A stretch of 64,000 bases of DNA, taken from Felis catus (lineage: Eukaryota). Position 1 is the first letter of the stretch, and each line of letters opens with the position of its first letter. Both the position numbers and the translations under genes were made by a program. The stretch spans positions 19,842,001 through 19,906,000 of the forward strand of contig NC_058383.1 in NCBI RefSeq assembly GCF_018350175.1, read 5' to 3'. This document shows positions 12,251 through 25,125 of this stretch, one piece after another. The notes beneath the pieces are model-generated. The model ran no database searches. It saw only the letters and a list, made by a program, of their open reading frames with translations, and was not told the origin of the DNA.

Positions 12251-12961
12251 CTTGTCATGTTCCTGCTTCCGGCTAGAGATATGTATTTGAAGCCACCACA
12301 TCCCTGATTCTCTCGCTCAGACTCCAGAGGCAGGTTCCCTGAGGGACATTTCAGTCCTTAGGAACCCCAGGACTAGAGATATTAACTGTCACCTGCCATC
12401 CACTCCCTCTCTGTAGAAGGCTTTGCTCCACACAGCCCTTGCCACCTTCAGCTGTCATCTCTTATAGTGGATGACTCCACCCCTTATCTTCCCTGTCATG
12501 GCCGATTGGACCAACCGTAGTCATGTGACCCGGGGACTGCCAATCTATAGGCTGGCCCACCACCTATCACTGTGTGGTTTGTATGGGCTTGGCCAATCAG
12601 ATTCTCCCCTGGAATGTGAACTCAGACTCGGGGAAACTCCCAGTTGGTGCTGGCAGTTGAACTTGGATGCCAAGTAGATTCAGGGTTGGAGTGGCCATTT
12701 TGGACACCTGAGTCCCCTTCCAAGGAAGCCAGGAGGCTGACAGATGAGGTCCCGGCTGCTGCAGAGGGCAGAGTAGAAATGACACAGAGGGATGGCTTTG
12801 TAAAGGTGAGCAGCTTCCTGCACTTGGCCCTTTCCTACACGACCTCAGCCCTTTTTGCAACTCTGGAAAGCTTTCCACGCCCGCCTCTGGGCTGAAACAT
12901 TTCCTTTTCTCTTCCTTCAGTTCAAAGGTTCAGAGACGCCAGTTGAAATAAATCAGACACA

Positions 12962-13176
12962 GGGCACCTGGGTGGCTCAGCCGGTTAAGCGTCCAGCTTC
13001 AGGTCAGGTGGTGATCTCACGGTTCGTGAGTTCGAGCCCCGCGTCGGGCTCTGTGCTGACAGCTCTGAGCCTGGAGCCTGCCTCCGATTCTGTGTCTCCT
13101 TCGCTCTCTGCCCCTCCCCCACTCACACTCAGTCTCTCTCAAAAATAAATACAACATCAAAAAAATTTTTAAAAAC
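12962..13176 (+). mobile_element. SINEC_Fc (left monomer of a composite)
   Basis: Full head, B-box gttcgagccc, CT region, A tail. Confidence 0.95.
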
Positions 13177-13249
13177 AAATATTTTTACAGTGCTGTTTTT
13201 GAAACTTCACAATAAATTTACCCGCTTTGTTTAGAAAACATTTAAATGT

Positions 13250-13471
13250 GGGGCACCTGGGTGGCTCAGTCGGTTGAGCGTCCGACCTCGGCTCAGGTCA
13301 CGATCTTGTGGTCTGTGGGTTCGAGTCCCGCTTTAGGCTCTGTGCTGACAGCTCGTAGCCTGGAGCCTGCCTCCGATTCTGTGTCTCCTTTGCTCTCTGC
13401 CCCTCCCCTGCTCATGCTCTGTCTCTCTCTGTCTCAAAAATAAAATAAAACATAAAAAAAGTAAAACAAAA
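13250..13471 (+). mobile_element. SINEC_Fc (right monomer of a composite)
   Basis: Full head, B-box, CT region, A tail. Confidence 0.95.
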
Positions 13472-14172
13472 GAAATAAATCAGATGCAATAAAAGTTAAT
13501 GCAACAAATAGTTAACGCAACTGAGCTCCACCTCTGTGTGTTGGGCTGTGCCAGGTTCCGTGAATAAGGCTGGAGTCTCAGCAGACACGCACTCTCGCCC
13601 CACTCCTGACTTGTAAGTTTTGCTGCGGGATTGCCCATAAATCAGGCTCTGTCATGTCCGTGCTTCTGATCATGGGCTCTTTGTGTCCTAGAGTCCAAGG
13701 CACTCATGTGGAGGCCATTGGCCATGTGGGTTGTGATGGGGGCGGGCAGGAAGGTTGAGACCCATTGGTCTCGACTGACCAGCTGTGCTGATATGGTGAC
13801 ATCCTCTCTCAGGTCTCTACCTCAAAGAGGTTGGGTCAGCTGTGTCTGAAGGCCTTTCTAGAGCTACGACTGGGGAAGAGAATGGGCTTCCTTCTTCCCT
13901 CTAGACCCACAACAGCAAGGTTCGAGCAGAGAAAAGGACCTGAGAGTGCAGATTGTCCTGTGTTGTCCCTGCTGCCACTGCCATGCTGACTCTTGGCGTG
14001 TTCAGCCAACCTGGAGGTCTTTTCTAGAGGGAATCCAGAGGTGAGTCAGAAAAGCCCATGGCCTCTCCTGCGTGGAGGGAAACACATGGTACAATTGGAC
14101 CAAGGATACTCTCTTCTCCTTTCTTTCATAACTTTTTCTTATTTGCAATTATGCAGATTCAACTAACGTGTA

Positions 14173-14387
14173 GGGGCGCCTGGGTGACTCAGTCGGTTGG
14201 GCATCCGACTTCGGCTCGGGTCATGATCTCGCGGTTTGAGTTCGAGCCCGAGGTCGGGCTCTGTGCTGACAGCTCAGAGCCCGGAGCCTGCTTCCGGTTC
14301 TGGGTCTCCCCCTCTTCTGCTCGTGCTCTGTGTCTCTCTGTCTCTCATTAATAAATAAATGTTACAAAAATTTTATTAAAAAAAAAA
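14173..14387 (+). mobile_element. SINEC_Fc
   Basis: ggggcgcctgggtg head to A tail; imperfect TSD aacta(ac/gt)gtgta. Confidence 0.95.
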
Positions 14388-14561
14388 CCTTTTAAACTAG
14401 TGTGTAAAGACACATAGGGTTTAAAAAATAACAATGAAATAAACAGCCAGGTTGAGAAATAGAACATTTCTAGTGGAACCTCCTAGATGCGCTTCCTCGA
14501 TGACAAAATTCCCCTTCCAAAAATTACCCACCATCCTGAATTTTGTGCTACTGTTGTATTC

Positions 14562-14786
14562 TTTTTTTTTTAAATTTTTTTTTTTAACGTTTATTTATTT
14601 TTGAGACAGAGAGAGACAGCATGAATGGGGGAGGGACAGAGAGAGAGGGAGACACAGAACCGGAAGCAGGCTCCAGGCTCTGAGCCATCAGCCCAGAGCC
14701 CGATGCGGGGCTCGAACTCACGGACCGCAAGATCATGACCCACGCTGAAGTCGGCCGCTTAACCGACTGAGCCACCCAGGCGCCCC
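14562..14786 (-). mobile_element. SINEC_Fc
   Basis: Near-consensus reverse copy. Confidence 0.96.
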
Positions 14787-15888
14787 TGTCGTCTGGCGTA
14801 CTGCTGTGTGAATGGACTACAGATGATTTACCCATTCTGTCGGTGATGCACACACGGACTGGTTTCAGTTTGGGGGGATCATGAACATTCTTAGTTCTGT
14901 CCCCTGGCAGACTTGTTTACAGGTTTACCTAGGTATGTGCCTGGGGGTCAGGCTGTTGGGTCATGGGATTTTCTTACCTAAAACTTGAGGGCGAAGTCCA
15001 ACCTGGTTTCAAAAGTGGCTGGACCAATTTTTGCCCCACCAGCAGTGCGTGAGAATTGCTGGGATTGCATATTCTTGCTGGCGTTTGCTAATGTTTTACT
15101 TGGAAGTTTTTGCCCGTGTCTGGTGGGAATTGGTATCTCCTTGTGGCTTTAATTTGCATTTTATGATTATAAATGAGATCGAGCATCTTTGATATGTTTA
15201 TGGGTTGCTTGAATTTCCTTTTCTGGAAAAGTCCCGTTCACTTCTGCTGCTGCTTTTTTTCTTTTTTTTTCCTCAATTTTGTCTTCTTCCTACCAATTCA
15301 CGGGAGTGCTCAATACGATTTGGATGGTATACTTTGTCAATTTGTTTTGTAGGCTGCGGATGTCTCCTTGCACATGGATACATTCTTGAAAAAATTCAAG
15401 TGTAGCTAATACTAAAGTTCCACTCGAAATCCCCCTTCATCCGTCCTCCTTTCTCTCCAGATGCAACAACTCTTATCAGTTAAATGTGTTTTCTGTCAAC
15501 CATTTCCTATGTATTCACATGCGCACGCGCGCACACATTCCTATGGGAATACTATACGTTGTTTCCTTCCATGGATTCCAATACAGATGGGATTATACTG
15601 TGCTTATTATTCTATGCCACTCTTATTTCACTTAAGGTGTCTTGGGCTTCTTCTGCCTATGGTCATTCATCTAGATCTAGCTCATTCCTTTTATTTATCT
15701 CATAATACTCCATAATATGGTTGTATTAGTTTAGTCATTTCTGTGTCTATAGACATTTATATTATTTCCACATTTTCACTATGACAAATAATGCTTGCAG
15801 TGACCACACCCACTTATGCCTTCTTGGGCCTGTATGTGAGTAATTCTCCAAGATACTCACTTAGCAGTGGCTAACATAACATACCCCC

Positions 15889-16105
15889 TTTTTTTTTTTC
15901 CAGCGTTTTTATTTATTTTTGGGACAGAGAGAGACAGAGCATGAACGGGGGAGGGGCAGAGAGAGAGGGAGACACAGAATCGGAAACAGGCTCCAGGCTC
16001 CGAGCCATCAGCCCAGAGCCTGACGCGGGGCTCGAACTCACGGACCGCGAGATCGTCACCTGGCTGAAGTCGGACGCTTAACCGACTGTGCCACCCAGGC
16101 GCCCC
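15889..16105 (-). mobile_element. Young SINEC_Fc
   Basis: Near-consensus; TSD taacataccc on both sides. Confidence 0.96.
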
Positions 16106-16311
16106 TAACATACCCTTTTTAAATTGCGGTAGGCACTGTCGAATTGCCCTGCCTAAACCTACCAGCTTTCATTTCCAGCAGCACTACTTGTACGTCCCCA
16201 TTTCTCCACACCGTTACCAAGGCTGGATGCCTTCGGTCTACATTTTTTTTGTTGTTTTGTTTTGCCCATTTTATAGAGGGTTTATCATTGTTTTATTTAT
16301 TCATTTAATTT

Positions 16312-16500
16312 AGTTTTAAAGTTTAGTTATTTTGAGAGGGAGATAGAGAGACTGAGTGGGGGAGGGGCAGACAGAGGGGAGAGAGAGAAGCCCAAGCAGG
16401 CTCTGCACTGACAGCGGGGCTCGAACTCACAAACAGCGAGGTCATGACCTGAGCTGAAACCAAGAGTTGGCCACTTAACCTACTGAGCCACCCGAGTGCC
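16312..16500 (-). mobile_element. CAN-SINE (diverged)
   Basis: ggggctcgaactcac...catgacctgagctgaa...ctgagccaccc. Confidence 0.88.
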
Positions 16501-19500
16501 ACTCATTGTTCTAAATTCTAGTCCCATGATACTTTGCTGGGCTTTCTCTCATATGTAAGTCTATCGGCCTTCCTGTACTTTGCCTTGGTCCATTTTGCAA
16601 TTGGGTTATTTTACTTTTTCTTGTTGATCGATAGATATGAATTTTTTGACAGTTAATTATGTCAAAACCATTTCTGGAATTTCAGTCGAGAACTCTTACC
16701 TAGTTTTAGTTCAGTGCAGTAATTTTCCAAGGGATCTCTACTTCCCAGACCAGAGCAGTCTGGGACTGATGAGTGAACTGCGGCACCTCAGCCCAAATGA
16801 GCAATGGCTACGTGGTGAGCATAAGCCCTTGGAAGCCGCAAGCCCTCACCCACACACGTCCATGTTGCTTCCCGGTCTGTCCCCCAAAAAGCCGGTTGAG
16901 TGTCAGATGCCTGGAGCTTGGTTACCTGGGCAGCACGCTTGTCGTCTCGACAGCCACCATCTATGGTGGGCCCGCTCTGTCCCAGTCACCATACATATAC
17001 CTCCCCTATCCCTACAGCAGCCCTGTGAGACACACACTGTTATCCCCAACATATAGATGAGAAGACTGAGGCCTAGAGAAGGGAGATTCAGCTGCTTCAC
17101 AGCAGCCATGTAGCTGGACCAGAATTCAAGTGTGGCTCTGCCTGACTTGAAATCTTATTCTTTCCACCGCAACATAGTGCCGTCGCCGAGAGGGTCGCCC
17201 ATAGCATGAATTGCTAATACTCTTTCTTCTGTTACTACTGCTGCTAATATTACTACTCCTCTGGCTAATACTACTACCAAATATTACTCTCACTGCGACT
17301 CTTATTACAATTATTATTATGAATGAACTCAGGAAATGCTTTTTATTTTATTTTATGGTGATAAGAACGCTTAACATGAGATCTAGCCTCGTAATGAGTG
17401 CATTATTGTTGACTGTAGGTAGAATACTCAAATTGTCCTTCAAAAATGAAGGAGAGGTGATGCAATAACCTAAGGAAAGATGAAACTCGTGAGTTCATTC
17501 GACTCTTTGCATGTGCCAGGTGCAATCCTGGCAAACACAGACTTGTTCCTCACTATAAAGGAGCTTAGATTTTAGTGGCGGATGATAAAGCCAGCATATT
17601 TTGAGCTCTACCTATGCACTAGGCAGTGCACTTTATGGACATTATTTATGGATAGTATTTCATGTAGTTCTCAGAAACCCCCCTGGGGGTTGGGCACTAT
17701 TATTCATCTTCTGGTCTCGGCTCAGATGTCACCTCCACCAAGAAGTCTTCCCTGACTCCCTATGTAAATGGATCCCCCTTTCCCATTCCCTCCATCCTGA
17801 CACCCTGTGTGCTTCCATCGCTGTTCCGATCACATGTGATCATTACCTATTTGTTGATTGTCTGTCTCCCTTGCCAGACTGGAAGTGGCCCGTGTCTGTT
17901 GTGTTTACCACCATATCACAGGCACCCAGCATGACATCTGCCAGCCAGGAGGCAGCCAGCCAATGTTTGTGGAACGGGAGGCTGAAGCTCAGAGAGGTGA
18001 GCAACCTTCCCAGAATCAATGCTTCCAGAAGAGGCAGAAACTGGACACAAATCCTGGTCTTTCTGATTCCCAGGCCCGTTTTTGTTCACTGTCCTTTAGA
18101 GGAACTTCCTAACATGGGGCTACATCCTGGAGTTGTGGGGTGCCACTGAAGATGTGGCCAGGTCAAAGTGCTGCCTCTTACCTGGCATCTGACCTAAGAG
18201 GGTGGGTGTCTGTGATGCCCTGGTGTTGCTGTGGGCTGGGCATGAAGGAGTTTGCTCCAGACGTGTTGACCTTCCTCTTCTTCCAATGTGTCATGGCCTC
18301 TTACCTCAAGGTCTTTGTCTAGATGTTGTCCCCACTGCTGCTGGGAACACCCCTCCACTGCCATCCGTACTTCCTTCACCCGGAAAAATGACTCATAATC
18401 ATTTACTGTTGCTGAGCTTAAATCCAAGTCATGACTAGGGATGCTCTGATGTGTTCCCATGGTGTCCTGCACTTCCTCTCGGACATTCTAGACTCTGAGG
18501 CAGGAGGCGCCTTTTGTTCACCACAAGACCTGCAGCACACAGCTCAGTGTCTGGGATATAGTAGGTGCTCAGTAGACTTTAGCGGTATGAGCATGGGATG
18601 TCTGACTACATACCTACCCTTCTAAACAGAGGTGACCAAAATCTTTTTTGTTCTTTTGCTTATTCCATTTGGTGGTTCAGAGATGCCACTAACCTGGAAT
18701 AAGCAAAAGAGCAAAGATGATTTTATTCACCTCTGTTTATAAGGTTGCATCTGTACAAGACTAGCCCTGGGTAGGTATGCAAGGCGCAGCAAGAAGGTGG
18801 TTGACTCCCTTCAAGCCAGGGTGACGTCTCTCACCAGTGGCCCCGATTTCCGAAACACTGACGTTGGGCTTCTAGCCCCCAGAACTATTAACAAATGTAT
18901 TTCTGTGTTAAAGCCACCCAGCTTCTGGTATTTTGTTGTGGCAGCTGCTGCAGACCCCAAGACTGATTATTCTCCTTGGGGAAACTGAGTCAGGCCTCTA
19001 ACTCTTTGCTCTAGCTCAGGCATCTTAGTTTACAAGAGGCTCTTCCTCAGGGATGGCTGGCCTGGGACCAATGGCTGTGGCCACAGAGAACCAAGCCACC
19101 AGCAGTTTCCACCCTTGGAGCCCTTGTGGTCTGGCAAATGCATTTCCTACAAACCTCATTAGGGCCAAATACACAGCAGTGTGTCAGTAATATATTTAGC
19201 TAACTATTTAATTGGGCTATTGGCAGCCGTTTCAGAGGAGTCCGATTGAGTAACAACAGAGTATGTCTAACTATCAAGAAAACATTATAATATGTCAGCA
19301 TGTAGGCACTGCGAGAGTACTGCTCAGTCCGGAATCACTTTCTTCAGGTGGGGACCTTGTTTTGCTTTTCTGACAGAAATGCTGCTGTGATTATGTTCCC
19401 TTTTAGAGCACCATGAAATACACGAGAAACCCCAAACACACTAATATTTCTCACCTTAAACTGCCTCCTGCAGAATCGGCTGCTTTACCGTTTGCAAAGG

Positions 19501-19733
19501 AGGCTTAGTCTTGGAGGAGCAGTGAGGGGACTGTTTGGTGCTCCTCTGGACCCTTCCTGACAGCAGACATAAGGGTCCAAATTGTGCCCTGTGGCACTGG
19601 TGAAATCAGTCCCTGAACACATGACCCGTAGAAGCTATGGCCTTCTCTAGCACACCCTACTTGAAACCACTCACCCTCCCCACCTAATCTGATACCAAGT
19701 TCTGTTGATTGTTCCCCCTCTTTGGCAGGTACA

Positions 19734-19760
19734 TTCAGCACTGCTACGGTGGACAGCTCC
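19734..19760 (+). promoter_or_regulatory. Candidate non-canonical (wide-spacer) REST/NRSF site
   Basis: TTCAGCACT, 8-nt spacer, GGACAGCTCC. Confidence 0.5.
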
Positions 19761-19824
19761 CGGCTCCTTCTAGCACCCTGTTTTGTAAATGCACTGTGAG
19801 GTCTCTGCTTTGCTTTCTCCAAAG

Positions 19825-20012
19825 ATGCACTGTGCAATGTGGCAGCCATGATCACATCCGACCATGCGATTTTAAGATCATTAAAATTAAATACAGTAAA
19901 AATTCAGTTCCTCAGTCACAGCAGCCATTCTTCAAGTGCTGAGTAGCCACATGTGGCCATGGGTACCATATTGGACTGTACAGATACAGAACATTTCCAT
20001 CAGTGTAAAAGT
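19825..20012. mobile_element. MER3-like hAT element
   Basis: attaaaattaaata...aaaattcagttcctcagtcaca...caagtgct...agccacatgtggc...agaacatttccatca. Confidence 0.8.
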
Positions 20013-21097
20013 CATCCAAACCTCCAGAGGTCATTTGGCTCTGTGCACATACTACTCAGATATACAGGGGAGCTAACACCCCTGGGGGGCTACTTCCAGC
20101 CAGTGGGAGATGGGAGTTCCTCAGGCTCCCTGTCCTCCAGTAGGCAAATTCTGTCTCTAGTAGCAGTTCTTTTTGGTTCTCAGCTGGACCCCAGTGGGAC
20201 TGAGCTCCCGGTGCCCACAGGGGTAGTTTGCCCCTTGGCATACCCTTTATCCGTTCATCTCCCTTTCCTGTCACATCTTCACTACTGATGTGTGGTTTGC
20301 CTTTTGTTGTCCTCTCTTCATCTGGTACTGGTGTCCCTGAAATACCGGCTTCATAAAATGAATTGGAAGCGTGCCACCCTCTTCTATTTTCTGGAAGAGA
20401 TTGTGTAGAGTTGTTATTTTTCCTTTACATGTTTGCTAGAATTCTCCAGTGAAACCATCTGGGCCTGGAGACTTCTTTTGGGAGTTTTTAAATTCCAAAT
20501 TCGCTTTTCTTAATAGTTATAGGGCTATCCAAATTACTTGTTTCATATTGGGTGAGTTGTGGTAGTTGATGCTTTTCAAGAACTATTCATTTCATTTAAG
20601 TTATCAAATTTGTGTGTGTAGATGGTGTGTGTTGTTCGAAGTGTTCCTTTATTCTTGTGCTTCAGGTGCCTGCGGGGTCTGTAGTAATATCTCTACATCA
20701 TTCCTGATATTGGCAATTTGCGTCTTCTCTCTTTTTGTTTTTGTCAGTCTTCCTAGAAATTTGTCAATTTTATTGATTTTTTTCAAAGAACCAGATGTAT
20801 GTTTCATTGATTTTCTCTACTGTTTTTCTATTTTTAGTTTTGCTGATTTTTGTTTTTATCTTTTTTCTGCTTTCTTGTAGGCTTGTTTTTGTTTCTAGGT
20901 TCTTGAGACGGTAGCTTAGATTATTGTTTGAGAGTTTTATTCTTTTCTCATGTAAGTACTTATGTAAGCTATCAATTCTCTGTCAACATTTCCTTATATG
21001 TGTCCACAAATTTTGTTATATTTTCATTTTCATTCATTTCAACTTACTTTTAGTTTCCTTTGAGACTTCCCCTTTGACTCATAAAGTATATTGTTCA

Positions 21098-21238
21098 GGG
21101 ATGCCTGGGTGGCTCAGTCGGTTAAGTGTCCAACTCTTGATCTCAGTTCAGGTCTTGATCTTAGGGTTGTGATCTCGGGGCCATGAGTTTGGGCCCCATG
21201 TTGGGCTCTGCAATGGGCATGAATCCTACTTTAAAAAA
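21098..21238 (+). mobile_element. Short CAN-SINE
   Basis: gggatgcctgggtggctcagtcggttaag head, short A tail. Confidence 0.88.
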
Positions 21239-23014
21239 GTGTAGTTTTTAGTTTCCAAATGTTTGGACATTTTACTGTTTTTTTTTTCCTGTTATTCATT
21301 TCTAGTTTGATTTTACTACAGTCAGAGAACACAGTCTATGTGATTTGAACTCTTTTAAATTTATTGAGGTTTGTTTTCTGTGCTAGGATTTGATCTATCT
21401 GGGTATATATTCTGTGAGCCCTTGAAAATAATATGTATTATGCTGATACTGAGTGGTGTGTTCATAAATGTCAACTAAATCCTGCTGGTTGCTGGTGTTG
21501 TTGAGTTCTTCTACATCTTTACTGATTTTGTGACCAGTTGTTTTATCAGTGCAACCAGAGGGGGTATTGATATCTCCAACTGTGATTGTATATTTGTCTA
21601 TTTCTCCCTTTGGTTCTATCCGTTTTTGCTGCGCATGTTTTGTAGTTCTGTTGTTTGATGCATACACATGTAAGATTGCTTTGTCTTCTTGACAGATGGA
21701 CTCTTTTATCTTTAGATGGTGTTCCTTTCTGTCTCTGGTAATTATTTTTGCTCTGGAGCCTCCTTTGTCTGAAATTAACATATCTTGCTTCTTTGGTTAG
21801 GTTTTCAGGATACATATCTCTCCAATCTTGTACTTTTAATGTACATATATTGTTACATTTGCAGGGAGTTTCTTGTAAAGAGCATGAAGTTAGGCTGCTC
21901 TGCCGATCTCTGTCTTTTAATTGATATATTTAGACTACTTATAGTTAATGTAATTACTGCTGTGTTAGGGCTTAAGTTTGCTTTTTTGTTTGTTTGTTTT
22001 ATTTTTGTTCTGTTTTTCATTTCTCTGTTTTCTTTTTCTTGGCTTCCTGTGGGTTACTTGAATAATTTTTAGAATTCCACTCTGACTTATTGATAGCGTT
22101 TTTGAGTATATATTGTTCTATGCTTTTTTCTTAGTGTTTTTCCTGAATATATATTATATATACATACTTTTTAAGTCTACTCGTGTCAGTATTTCATCAA
22201 TTTAAGTGAAGTATAGAAGCCTTTCCTCTCTTTACATCTTTTTACCCACCCCTTTTACAATATAATTTTAAATATTTCTTCTACGTACATTTAGAAACAC
22301 ATCAAATAGTGTTATAATTTTTGAATCAACCATCAAACATAATTTAGAAAACTCAAAGGGAAATGAAAATATACTGCATTTACCTGTATCTCTTTTATTT
22401 ACTCTTTGTTGGTCTTTCTTCTTCCTTGATGTCTCAAGGTTTCTTCTTTAATACTTTCTGTTTAGAGAACCTCCTTTAGTTGTTCTTTTAAAGGAGGCCT
22501 GCTGGTGACAAATTCTTTCAGTTTTCCTTTATCTGAGAATGTGTTAATTTTTCTTCATTCCTGAAGGATATTTTTGCTGAATATAGAATTTTGGGTCGAC
22601 CATTCTTTTCTTAGCAGCCCTTGAAAAATGTTCTACTTTCTTCTAGCCTTTGTGACTTCTGATGGGAAATCCATGGTCTTTCAAATTTTTTTCCCCATAG
22701 GTAAAGTATTGTTTCTCTCACTGACTTCCAATTTTTGTTTAGTTTTCAGAAGTTGAATAAGATACATTTTGGTGTGCATTTCCCAAAATGTGGATTTCTT
22801 TGGTTTTATCCTGTTTGTTGACCTTTTCTGCATCTGTGGGTTTATGTCCTTTGGCAAATTTGTTAAGTTTTCTGTACTTATATCTCCAAGTCCTTTTCAG
22901 TGCCACCCTCTTTCTCCTTTTCTTTGGGGAATCCAGTGTTAGATCTTTTGTTACAGTCCCAGAGGTTCTTGAGGCTCCGTTTAATTTAATGTAATTAATT
23001 AATTAATTCATTAA

Positions 23015-23826
23015 AAATTAAAAAAATGTTTATTCTTGAGAGAGTAAGACACACAGTGAGAGCAGGGGAGGGGCAGAGAGAGAAAGAGAGGAAGACACAG
23101 AATCTGAAGCAGGCTCCAGGCTCCGAGCTGTCAGCACAGAGCCCGATGTGGGGCTCGAACTCCTGAACCATGAGATCGTGACCTGAGCCGAGGTCAGACG
23201 CTTAACCGACTGAGCCACCCAAGCACCCCTATTTTACCTATTTTTAAAATATTTTATTTTACTTTATTTTAGTAATCTCTACACCCAATGCAAGGCTCGA
23301 ACTCACAACCCCGGGATCAAGAGTCACACACTCCAATGGCTGAGCCAGCCAGGCACCCCACTTGGAAGCATTTTGATGATTCCTGCCCCAAAATCTTTGC
23401 CAGATAATCATAACATGTCTGTCATATCAATGTTGGTATCCACTGATTGTCTTTTTAAAAAATGTTTATATATTTGTTTTGAGAGAGAGAGAGTGCAGGT
23501 GAGGGACAGAAAGAGAGAGAGAGAGGAAATCCCAAGCAGGTCTATGCTCTCAGTTCAGAGCCTGATGTGGGGCTCAATCTCATGAACATGACCTGAGTCG
23601 AAACCAAGAGTTGACATTTAACCAACTGAACCACCCAGGTACCCCTGACTGTCTTTTTTTTTTTTTTTTTCATTCAAGTTGAGATCTTTCTTGCACTTGG
23701 TATGATAAGCTATTTTTTTTTTTTTTTTTTATTATTAAGTAAGCTCTACACCCAATGTGGGGCTTGAACTCACAACCCTGACATCAAGAGTTGCATGCTC
23801 CAGTGACTGAACCAGATAGCTGCCCT
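23015..23826 (-). mobile_element. Cluster of four reverse-strand CAN-SINEs (about 23015-23228, 23240-23359, 23452-23646, 23713-23826)
   Basis: Four separate heads ending ...gagccacccaagcacccc or variants, each with a T tail. Confidence 0.88.
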
Positions 23827-24804
23827 GGCAAGTGATTTTTGATTGACACTTGGACATTTTTGTATTATCTTCTGAGACCGAATCTTCTGTAAACCTTCTG
23901 TTTTAGCTGGCTTCCTCTGACATTTCTCCAGTAGGGGGTAGGGGATGAGAGGGTGCGAGCCTCATTCCTGCCAGTGGGGGCTGGAAGTCCAGGTTGCCCA
24001 TTTGACCTCTGTTGACCCTCAGAAGGGAAGCTCCTTGCTACTTCTGGGCAGGGTTGGGAGTCCTCCTCTTCACTAAGCCCCTGTGGATATCTGGCTGGAT
24101 GGGAAAGGTAGGAGTGCCTTATTTTTGGTCCCCACTTGGCCTTCCTGACGCCATGGGCACAGTGTCATCATTATCGTTGGACAGCAGTGAGTGAAATTTC
24201 TGCCTTGGAGGCAATGAGAGGTGCTTCATTACTGCCTGATTGAAGTTCAGGTTCTCTGCATGGTCTCTGTTGATACTGATCCCCTGTGGGGATGGAGTTC
24301 CCTATCGGACCCTGGGAGAGGTTGGGTGTCTTGTCTTGTTCCAGCATGGTGAGTGTGGCTGTCCAGGCTCCCCACTAAGCCTTGCTGGCATGCATGGGAG
24401 GGGGGGGGGGTTTGGGGTAGGCCTAGCACTTTCTGTGGTGCTTGGCTGCCCTGGAGCGGTTATTGGCTACACATTTTCTGCCTTGGTAGGTTGCCCTTTC
24501 ACTTCCTTTGGCTGGAAAGAACCAGCTTTGTTGGGGCTTTTCGTCTGTGACTGATGATATTTCTGGATTGTTGGCTTCTTCAGTCCCAAGTATGGGGTAT
24601 CTGAGGCAAAAAGAAAATCCAGGGAACTAACTCACTGTCAGGTCGTGCCTTGGGTCCCACTGTCCTTGGCCATTCTGCCTCCTTCTCTCCACCTTTCAGA
24701 GTTCCATGATTGTTTTATACATAATGGCCAGGTTTTCAGGAGTGCCAAGTAGGAAGAACAGGGAAAAAGAACACCTGCTTCTTGTTCCCGGAAGCGTATG
24801 TTGA

Positions 24805-25125
24805 CAGATAATATTTCAACACATATTTTTAAAAATCAAAGTTACTGAAAAAAAAAAAAATACCCAGGGTGAACAAAATTCAAACATTTTAAATAAAGAC
24901 GATCTCAGTATCATTGACTTTTCCTTTTGTCCGATGCTCTAGCATGGCTTGCCACAGCACTGTCTTTATTGAAAATGTGCTTATTCTGTTCCTCGTGTAA
25001 TTGTTGCATTAGTTTTGATTTTTGGAAGTATAGCACTCAAGAGTTTATTGTGCTTTTTGAGTTCGTTTTGAGCCCCTAAACATCCCATGTGAGGCGAATC
25101 CCTCAGTTACCTTGCTCAGGTTCAG
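24805..25125. mobile_element. MER96B-like palindromic hAT element
   Basis: atatttttaaaaatcaaa...gaacaaaat...ttttaaataaagac and its inverted arm; a related copy lies at 51280-51522. Confidence 0.6.

Larger units (their letters stand above)
14790..16670 (-). mobile_element. Old L1M 3'-end fragments interrupted by SINEs
   Basis: T-rich sequence with L1 3' text such as tggtatctccttgtggctttaatttgcattt and ccaccagcagtg. Confidence 0.6.
20320..24800 (-). mobile_element. Old L1M element (ORF2 endonuclease region and upstream parts), fragmented by SINEs
   Basis: ORF 21395-21781(-) reads LISDK...KIITRDRKEHHLKIKESICQED...VYASNN...TITVGDINTP...KISKDVEELNNT, a degenerate L1 ORF2 APE-type endonuclease; the extent beyond about 23 kb is less certain. 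Confidence 0.85.

Noticed and set aside
17200..17468. Leu-rich signal-peptide-like ORF
   Set aside because: Derived from a degenerate (CTA/TTA) low-complexity tract joined to small L1 fragments (KLSFKNEGE is L1 ORF1-like).
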